From Octopus sinensis (taxonomy: Eukaryota): DNA of 64,000 nt. The notes below the pieces were generated by a model. It was not told where the DNA came from. It was given only the letters and a program-made list of their open reading frames with translations, and did no database searches. The position numbers and the translations under genes were made by a program. The stretch covers positions 39,990,001 through 40,054,000 of the forward strand of contig NC_043009.1 of assembly GCF_006345805.1 (NCBI RefSeq). Direction: 5' to 3'. Positions 54,593 to 64,000 of this stretch are shown here, in pieces (the stretch's first letter is position 1; every line of letters starts with the position of its first letter).

Positions 54593-56420
54593 GCACAACA
54601 GCTTCCACAAGGACATGTGTTACATCAAAAATTCTTGGTTGGGGATGCAAATCCTCTCATTCACGTACGACATAATGCGGCAGCAGCATAGAGTTGAAGC
54701 GTCCATCTCTTTCTTCTCTCATGTAGAATGAGGAAAATTGGATGTTGAGGTAATGTAAATAAATAATACATATATAGAGGTGAAGATGGAGGGGCGAGAG
54801 TTCGGGACGAGGGATAAAAAATGTATAAAAAGTGTAAGTATAATAATATAAAAATGTAGAGGATAAAGGGTTGTAAGTAGATGTAAAGGGGGTATAAGGA
54901 AATATAAGTAAAAATAGAAATAAGAATAAAAGTAAAAAAACCTGATAAAAACATGATAAAAGTGTAAAAGAATGTAAAGATAAGGGATGTATAGAGGTTA
55001 TGGACCAAGCATGGTGTCAGGAGATTGATAAAATTTAGTTGTAGAATTGTCAGTACATCATCAGTTTCGTCTGGGGACTTAATGCGTTGTAAATCAGAGC
55101 TGATGAGCATTTAATCTGGTTCCTTGAATTAAATGGACTTCTAGTACATACATATCATCATGGATATATACACCCAAATACACGCGTACATATCCGCCTC
55201 CAAGCCTATAAGCATACACACGCACTCGCGTGTAAATACGTACATAAACACACACGCACCCACACGCACGCGCGTACACACACATACATACAACAGAATA
55301 TCCGCATATATACACGGACATTACGCGCGTACACGCTCACAAGTATATACGCGCGCCCATCACTACATACACACACGTATATGCCCACGCCTCTAGGTCC
55401 AGGTATAAGAGATATTAAAGGTGTGTATAAGAACGTATGTAAAGAATCCCGTACTCATGTCAATACGCGCACGCACACACGGCTGTGTGTCCGTATGTGC
55501 GTGCACATATACCCTCATATACACACACAGAGACACACCGCGCACATGGGTATAGCTATAAGATATCGAAGTATGCATGTACATATATGCGCGTGCATAT
55601 GTATGTATGCGTATACACACGTACGCGGACGCTCGTATATTCAAAGGTGGATCCATAGGTAAGTAAATAAACATATATAGAGGTGTAAAGCGATAAGTTA
55701 GGGGTAAGAATGAGGGTAAGGGTAAAGATTAGAAATAAAAAATACAGTATACAATAAGAAATACAATGTAATAGTTAGAAATGAAGTATAAGAATTATAA
55801 AAATTATAAGAGTTAAGGTAAGGGATGAAAATGAAAATGAGAATAAATGGAAGTAGAATAAAAGTAAAAATAAAATTAAAAATAAAAATAAAAATAAATG
55901 GAAGTAGGATAAAAGTAAAAATAAAAGTAAAAATAAAAATAAAATAAAATAAGATAAAAATACTATAATTTTGTAAAGTTTAAAGTTGTGTGTTAAACGT
56001 AGGGGCGGGCGGGGGAACTGAAAATTGGAAGGGTGGGAAGTGGAGTTTGGCGGTGTGCGTTCAACATCTGAGTTAGAAATGTGAAAGGTATAGATATAGG
56101 GGATTAAAGAGACTACATAGGGAGGATATGGTTGTCGGAGAAGAAATATTTAGGGAAAAGAAGTCATATATGGGAGACAAATTTTGTATATAGGGGGAAA
56201 TGCAGGGAACCCTATATGCACGTACACACACCCACACACACACAGACACACGCACATGTACATATATATGTATACGTACACATACGTACACGTATGTGCA
56301 CATACATACGCACACACACACACATACACATATACACGCACATATAGGAAAGCGGGATGTGCTGGAGCCGACAGGTTGCACCGGGTGGGAGGAAATTGCA
56401 TGGGGGAGTTGGTATAAGAC

Positions 56421-56602
56421 TTAAGCATTGTAATATTTGAAAGTATTAATAAGTTTATGTATACAGGATGGTTTGGACTCTGACCTTTTGTTAATAAGAT
56501 TGTGTTTGTCTTTGAATTTCAAGATGTTAAGGAGTTCTACACAGCATAGTTGGCATCCTGCTCTATTATTTAAATAAGGTGCAGCTGATCCGATGATGGA
56601 CC
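56421..56602 (-). pseudogene. C-terminus of a PLE GIY-YIG-type endonuclease
   Basis: WSIIGSAAPYLNNRAGCQLCCVELLNIL...LINKRSE...CIH fits the WxI..PY..CxLC..E...LNKRSE..CxH pattern I recall from PLE ORF ends. Confidence 0.65.
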
Positions 56603-56981
56603 ATATGCGGATATTCTGTTGTATGTATGTGTGTGTACGCGCGTGCGTGTGGGTGCGTGTGTGTTTATGTACGTATTTACACGCGAGTGCGTGTGTATGC
56701 TTATAGGCTTGGAGGCGTATATGTACGCGTGTATGTGGGTGTATATATCCATGATGATATGTATGTACTAGAAGTCCATTTAATTCAAGGAACCAGATTA
56801 AATGCTCATCAGCTGATTTACAACGCATTAAGTCCCCAGACGAAACTGATGATGTACTGACAATTCTACAACTAAATTTTATCAATCTCCTGACCACCAT
56901 GCTTGGTCCATAACCTCTATACATCCCTTATCTTTACATTCTTTTACACTTTTATCATGTTTTTATCATGTTTTTTACTTT

Positions 56982-57066
<85 letters not shown>

Positions 57067-57156
57067 TATATAATATATTCTGCAGGAAGGAATGATGAGA
57101 GAAAACAGATGGAGAGAAAAAAGAAAAATGAACAGCATCTGGATTAACGGTTGAAC

Positions 57157-57191
<35 letters not shown>

Positions 57192-59559
57192 AACACACAC
57201 ACCACACACACACACATGCACGCGCAAACACGCGCTCACACATACAAACACACTCATACACACACAAATCTACGGATGGGTGTACAAAAGAGTGACAATA
57301 GAATGTGTACTCAATATATGTAGTAGACGTTACGCAGCCACAGCTCATGATTTACTCCGTCGTCATTCGGACTTTCTCTGTATGTCTTTTACTCTAGACA
57401 GCGAAAAGCTAAAAAAAAAAAAGAAGGAAAAAAAGAAGAGCGAAAAGAACGAAAAACAAAAATAAGCAATGGGCGGACAGGGTACAGGGGTTAAGGAACC
57501 TGAAACAAATCACTTGAAATTATTCAATTTCCAAATTATTCGATTTCCATCAGGTGATTATGTTTAGTTGGCGGGGTTGCAGCTCGAAAAGCGTGAACTA
57601 GCTGCTTGTTAGAAATCATTGCTAAACCTGACTTTTCACCGAAGACTGAGTCTTTGGTATGGTCTACGTCACATTACTGGTAACAAGATCAGTTTCTTTC
57701 TTTCAAGGCATTCTTGTTGTTACATAAGATCATTTCCTTCTTTTGAAGGCATCGCTGTAGTTACGCTTGCTTTTGTTTTAAATGTTCGAATAAGACGTAG
57801 ACAGTGAAAGCGAGAAGTGTTAACAGTTTTATCAACAACATATGTTCTTTAACAAAGATTAGGCTTCGTATAATTTATTAATGTCACAGTATTTGTTTAA
57901 CTCAGAAAACTACTGTAATATATGAACGAAATCCGTTAGGTTGTAAGTTACATTTGTCAAATGTTTCTTGCCTGTTTTATTATTTTAATTTCATTTAGTC
58001 TTCTTCGTTTTCAATACTACACCTGCTCTTTCAAAGCGAAATCATTTACACACATCTCAAAGTGTTATATAGATGTTAATCTTAAGAAAACTAAATATTC
58101 ACTGAATTGAGTCAAATCAGAAGCTTTAGTTCTCCTTCCAGTAATTTGTAACGCCAATAACACACGTCTTTCTTTTTTTTGTGAACATAGTAATTTCTTT
58201 TTTCGCTTTCAGTGTTTTCTTGTCTGGTATTTCAAAAGAACATAAAGAGCATCAATATTCACCTCTTTCCACTTAACAGCTTTACAACATGCGTGTCTAA
58301 CAATTAAACACGCACAGAAGGACATTTCTCAGTAAACATATCACGGTCTTCTGAAGAGAAATAAGCACTTTTAGTGTGTATTTCTTGGTCTTTCTTTGCT
58401 GGAATGTACTGAAAGACTACTGAATAACGAATCGAAATCCACAAGGTCATTCAACTATAAATACCTTCGAGTATTGAGTTCTTGGAGAAGAAACATATTG
58501 TTATCTCACCGGTAGTATGACACATAGATTAAATCCACCACTTTCAATGATATCACGTGCAACTACTCATTCGGTGTTGAAAAATTTACAAAGAAATACA
58601 GAACATGTTAGACGGGAAATGCTATTAAAATAGAAAGGAATAATGACAAAGACTATTATTCTGACTAGTCGGTGAAATTATACTTTCGAATAGTCTAGAT
58701 TAGTTTCGCCACTCTGGTGGTAAAGAAATTAAAATTACAGACCCTCTCATTATTTGTCGTTGAGTTATTGCTGTTGTATTTTACAAAATGCATGACGGCA
58801 TCATGCATAATGCAAGAACACCTACTGTGTCTACATGAAATGTCAGTTCAAGTCCCACGGAGGCCGTCGACGTTTTCTATACAAAAACGGTCTTTTCAAC
58901 CCAAAATATACAGGGTATACCTTTATGCACTTTGATATCCTAAGTTTCAAGAGGAGCATTACTTCACGTTCTCGATAAAGTTTATATAATTCCTACGAGT
59001 TGAACAACATATAATTTTCGACAGTGAAATTAGTTTCTAAACCGAATAACAAAATTCGAAGGATTCCTTTTGTCCAATGTTATAACGCTTATCGTGTTTA
59101 CGGACGTGGGTTCACATCCCACGAGCGGCCTTCGACTTTTTCTATCCAAGGAAATTTTCTACACAATATTTACATATTGTAATCATACTATTTTTCATAG
59201 CTTTATGTTCTTCGAGATACACTTTTCCGATAAAAAATATATATATATATATACACCCCACACACGTCCACCAACACCCACATCCTCACTCCGCACCCTC
59301 ATCCTAAATCTCCACACACCACCCCTACACCGCACGATACACCACACCCACACCACACTACACACCACCACACCACACCACCCCATATCATCCCACATCA
59401 CCCCTCACCACTTCACACACATTAGCACTGACCACTTCCCAGCACCCTCACCACACACCATCATCTGAACACCCGCACGCTGTCACCCACACACCCACAC
59501 ATTACAGACGCACACACACGCGCACACATCCACACAACAAAGTCACTAGCTGAAATTCG

Positions 59560-59890
59560 TCGAACAAATAGACCTGGGTCTTTCATTGCAAGCCTAGTAT
59601 TTATTCTATAGGTTTCTTTTGCCGAACCGCTAAGTTGCCGAGACGTAAACACACCAGCATCTGTTGTCAAACGATGGTGGGGGACAAACAGAGACATACA
59701 AACACACAACACACACATAAACATACATACGACGAGCTACTTCCAGGTCCCGTCTACCATATCCACTGACAAGGCTTTGGTCAATCCGAGGTCTAGTAGA
59801 AGTCACTTACACAATGCGCCACGCAATGGACTGAACTCGGAACCATGTGATTGGGAAGCAAGGATCCTACCGCACAGCCACGCCAGTAAC
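59560..59890 (-). mobile_element. SINE family II
   Basis: Reverse-complement homology to 34913-35317. Confidence 0.75.
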
Positions 59891-59905
59891 TATATATAAT
59901 ACAAA

Positions 59906-60125
59906 ACAGCGAGCTGGCAGAAACGTTAGCGAGCTGGGTGAAATGCTTAGCGGTATTTCGTCTGTCGTTACGTTCTGAGTTCAAATTCCGTCGAGGTCGA
60001 GTTTGCCTTTCATCCTTTCAGGGTCGATAAATAAAGTACTAGTCACGCACTGGGGTCGATGTAATCGACTTAATGCCTTTGTCTGTCCTTGTTTGTCCCT
60101 TCTATGTTTTGCCCCTTGTGTGTAG
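59906..60125 (+). mobile_element. SINE family III
   Basis: GAGCTGGCAGAAACGTTAGC...GAGTTCAAATTCCGTCGAGG...GGGGTCGATGTAATCGACTTA. Confidence 0.85.
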
Positions 60126-60400
60126 TAAAGAAATATATATAATACAAAACAGGAGGTTGGAAAAAATATTGGTATCATTTATTCACCATTAAACGTTTTA
60201 TTTGCTAATAGGCATCACAAAGTTGTACGTGTTGAAAAAAGATGTAAGAGATTTACTATTAGAAATTCTTCAGGCAGGCAAGCAAATAATACAAAATTTA
60301 CTTTCGGATGAGGCGTTTAAATATAGTTAGTTATTAGGAGTAGGATAAAGAATTAAGAGATGGAATAAAAGACAACTCAAGTAGCAAAGGGAATAAAGCA

Positions 60401-60431
<31 letters not shown>

Positions 60432-60544
60432 CATACATACATACATACATACATACATGCATACATACATGTTGCAATGGGTAAATTGCCATATTATACC
60501 TTCAATTATACGCATGCGCATTGTTGGTTTTTGATTTGTCAACT

Positions 60545-60927
60545 TGGAAGCACTCCGTCGGTTACGACGATGAGGGTTCCGGTTGATCCGAATCAACGGA
60601 ACAGCCTGCTCGTGAAATTAACGTGTAAGTGGCTGAGCACTCCACAGACACGTGCACCCTTAACGTAGTTCTCTGGGATATTCAGCGTGACACAGAGAGT
60701 GACAAGGCCGGCCCCTTGAAATACAGGTACAACAGAAACAGGAAGTAAGAGTGAGAGAAAGTTGTAGTGAAAGAGTACAGCAGGGATCACCACCATCCCC
60801 TGCCGGAGCCTCGTGGAGCTTTTAGTTGTTTTCGCTCAATAAACACTCACAACGCCCGGTCTGGGAATCGAAACCGCGATCCTATGACCGCGAGTCCGCT
60901 GCCCTAACCACTGGGCCATTGCGCCTC
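60545..60927 (-). mobile_element. tRNA-derived SINE family I, tail type C
   Basis: Head and body match 53055. The tail differs (GGATCAACCGGAACCCTCATCGTCGTAACCGACGGAGTGC). Confidence 0.85.
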
Positions 60928-60949
60928 TTATTTGTCAACTACACAGTAT

Positions 60950-61797
60950 AGCAGGGTCACTTGGACGCCGTCTGTAACAGCACCATGACGCAATTCACTC
61001 TGCCAGAAATTTGTAAAACGACGTGCTGTACTCTTTGGTATTCGCACTGCAAGCTCCAGTATGAACATTTCAGAGTGTTTGGGTGTTAATCTGAGGACAG
61101 TGCAATCGGAGGACATGTACCAAGAGTGATAAAAATCAAACATCCAGTCAACATCATGGTGCTTGGAGTGATTACTAGCGATAGCAATGTTATGCGTCCA
61201 TTGATCTTCCCACACGGCCTCACACTCAACAAGAAAGCATACTTCAAGTGCGTGGTGGAGGTAGTGCTGCCCTAAATAAAGAGGGTGGCTGCTGGAAGAT
61301 CCTACGTCTGGCAACAGGATTCTGCACCATGCCACAGGAGAACATCATCACTAACATCTGGCCACATAACTCCCAAGACTACAATCCCACACGTAAGCAG
61401 GAGAACATCACCATTAACATCTGGCCATATAACTTCCCAGACTACAACACCCCAGACTACAATCTCACACATAAGCAAGAGAACTTCACCACTAATAATG
61501 TGTGGGATTCAGTTGAGCGAGACACCAACAAAACTTCTTGTAAAACCAGAGTTAAACTGAAGGCAAGGATTATGACAGCATTCACCAACTTAAACAAGGA
61601 GACCGTCCAGAAGAGTTGCAAGAGATTCCGAAGCCGTCTCAAGGTCGTGGTTGAAGACATTGGCGATTTTAGTAAATAAATCTACTCTTTAGTATTTCGG
61701 GATATTTCTATGTGATTTTGGTAGATATACCCGCTAAAATTAGTGTTGTTTTCGTTTTTGCGTAATTTAGACGATAGTTTATTCACGGCACCTTGTA
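60950..61797 (+). mobile_element. Decayed Tc1/mariner transposon (3' half)
   Basis: YVWQQDSAPCH, WPHNSQDYNP and FRSRLKVVVEDIGDF fragments. The right end TTATTCACGGCACCTTG-TA is TIR-like. The left TIR was not found. Confidence 0.8.
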
Positions 61798-61928
61798 CAT
61801 ACATACATACATACATACATACATACATACATACATACATACATTCATACATACATACATACATACATACATACATACATACATACATGCATGCATACAC
61901 ATGCACATACGCACACACACTAGCACAA

Positions 61929-61963
<35 letters not shown>

Positions 61964-61982
61964 TAAAGTTATGTGTGTGTGA

Positions 61983-62150
61983 GGGAGAATGGCTTAGTGG
62001 TTAAAATGTCGCACTCGCGATCTACTGATCGTGATTTCGATTTCTAGATCGGGTGGTACGTTGTCTTCTTGAGCAAAACATTTCATCTCACGTTGTACCA
62101 CGATCACTTCGACACCTGACGCAAGGTACACCGTGCACTTGTTCAGACAA
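61983..62150 (+). mobile_element. Degenerate tRNA-derived SINE head
   Basis: TGGCTTAGTGGTTAAA A-box and GATTTCGATTTC B-box-like motif. Confidence 0.55.
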
Positions 62151-62176
62151 TACTAGATCATCAGACAGACAGATAG

Positions 62177-62255
<79 letters not shown>

Positions 62256-62473
62256 AAGATAGATATCATTGAGAGGCTTTTTGTCAGTTGTGGTGGAGGC
62301 TAAACCATGTGTCTATGACTATTCTCTTGTCACCAAATCAAGATGCTTGTTCTTTACCACAGTGAAATTAATTCTTGATTGTAGATTGGTTCTCAGCCGG
62401 GGTCCATATGGCCCTTTAAGTTCTATAAAACTTTGTTGTTAATATTTATGTGCAATAAGTTGCTTACAATTCT

Positions 62474-63730
62474 GCAAGGTGGGGCAGAGAGGACGGAAGG
62501 CTTTTACTTACACCCAAGAGTAGGGACATATGTCCGACAGTTACCATTCAGTCCGTGGTGTCTTAGCATTTTTTTTTCAGCTTAAGTCATGGTGGCGCTG
62601 TGGACGATAGAGCATCACGTGTTTGCCGACGACAGTTACGTGATGAATAACGAGTCTGTGACAGCGGTTCATTGTGAGTTTCGGTGTCACTTTATCATTC
62701 ACCGAAATCAGACGGTTTCCACCCGTAACACAATCTTATGTTGGTGAATGCACCACGAACGGTACGGAACCCAGAAAATGTGGAAATCGTCGGAGAAGCT
62801 TTGAGTCCAAATCGCTCTGTTCGGAGGCTTTCCACTGAACTTGGCACCGTTAATCAATCGGTAAGACGTATTTTGCATGAAAAACTACATTTCCACCCGT
62901 ACAAATTTGTCATTGAGCATCGTTTGAAACCATGGGACTAGGCACAGCGGCTTAACTTTGCACGCAGATAGAATCAATTTTTGAGGCAAATGACAACCTC
63001 ATTTTGTTAATGAGTGATGAAGTTTATTTTCCTCTTATGGCATTGTGAATCATCAGAACTGTCGTTATTGGGCTCTTGAAAATCCGAGAGAACTGCACGA
63101 AAGGCCACTGCACAGCCAAAAGTGATGGTCTGGTGTGCTGTTGGAAAAGCTGCCGTCAATAATCCATACTTGAAGACAGTAATGGAAATGCGGTTGCTAT
63201 GAAATCCCAGCGTTACATCGAGATGATAAACATCTTTGTGCCTGTATTACGATGAAAACGTATGCCTATTCGATGTATGTGGCTTCAGCAGGATGGAGCG
63301 GCGGCCCACACAGCCAGAGCATCAATGGATGTTCTTCGTCCTCGCTTTAGTGACCGTCTCATTTCTACAGTTGCTGACATTCCTTGGCCCCCTTCATCCC
63401 CTGATTTCTCCATGTATGATTATTTTTGTGGGGAAACGTCAAATTACGTGCATCTGGACATAAGCCCCGTACTGAACGATTTGAAGGAAGCTGATTACGT
63501 GGAAGTCGCCCAAATCGACTGGAGAGAGAGAGTGAGGGGCCAACTTCCAAGAACGCCTTCAGAAATGCATCAGTGAAAACGGACACCACATGATGGATTT
63601 TGTTTTCCACACTTGATTTTGACATATGTCAATTCAATATGAACACATTGATGTCAATAAAATTGGTTTGCAGCTAAATTTAATGATTTTGAGAATTTTT
63701 CAAAACATCCGACCTCTCTTCCCTACCCTA
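62474..63730 (+). mobile_element. Full-length but decayed Tc1/mariner-superfamily transposon
   Basis: Imperfect TIRs (AAGGTGGGGCAGAGAGGACGGA versus the reverse complement of TCCGACCTCTCTTCCCTACCCT). Transposase fragments MVALWTIEHHVFA..ESVTAVHCEFRCHF, MSDEVYF, WLQQDGAAAHTA and WPPSSPDF, with stops and frameshifts. Confidence 0.88.
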
Positions 63731-64000
63731 CACAATAAACGAAATATTTTTTTTATATAATTCCTAATAATATTTAATTATGAAAATACAGTAGGATCTT
63801 TTACACACACACACACACACACACATACACATGTTGAATGTCTACGGAGGTCCAGTAGAGTAAAATAGGAAGCAGAGAGGTCCATAGGCAAAAAATGGTG
63901 AAGAACCATTTTTCCAGAATCGATAATATTAATACGCTGACTTTTCTTTTTTGCACGTACATTTTGTGTGCGTTAGACTTACTTCAAAGAAGTGACAAAG

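Larger units (their letters stand above)
54497..56983. mobile_element. Composite PLE remnant with ~380-bp inverted arms (54928-55309 and 56603-56983)
   Basis: Near-identical reverse-complement arms, strand-biased UTR-like tracts, a hammerhead near the left end and (AT)n flanks. Confidence 0.7.

Noticed and set aside
57560-59200. Coding-looking AT-rich stretch, possibly a decayed DNA transposase
   Set aside because: Stops in all frames and only a faint hAT-dimerisation-like resemblance

Overview
This is repeat-dense, AT-rich eukaryotic DNA with no host protein-coding gene that I can support. The SINE types and microsatellite load suggest an octopod cephalopod, which is an inference. Almost all ORF-track entries are microsatellite or SINE artefacts. 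The real coding remnants are transposons: a cluster of Tx1-clade LINE copies, all on the minus strand and all inserted in ATAG/GTAG repeats; a 5'-truncated CR1-type LINE; RTE and HERO-like fragments; two Tc1/mariner elements; and Penelope-like (PLE) pieces. Three patterns stand out. (1) At least seven unrelated short elements carry type I hammerhead-ribozyme folds with palindromic stem III. They sit in (AT)n tracts, often as head-to-head fold-backs, and two of them have a boundary exactly at stem III. One family has a CUGUNGA core and another element has a U3-A8 covariant core. (2) A full-length 5S rRNA copy and a tRNA-derived SINE each end in the 45-nt 3' tail of the CR1 LINE found in this window, giving a SINE3-like chimera. 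(3) The Tx1 family appears ATAG-specific and includes an ORF1-only derivative. Many single-base indels in homopolymers and microsatellites look like long-read errors, so frameshifts and some duplications may be assembly artefacts. All RNA folds were paired by eye and are not computed or tested.
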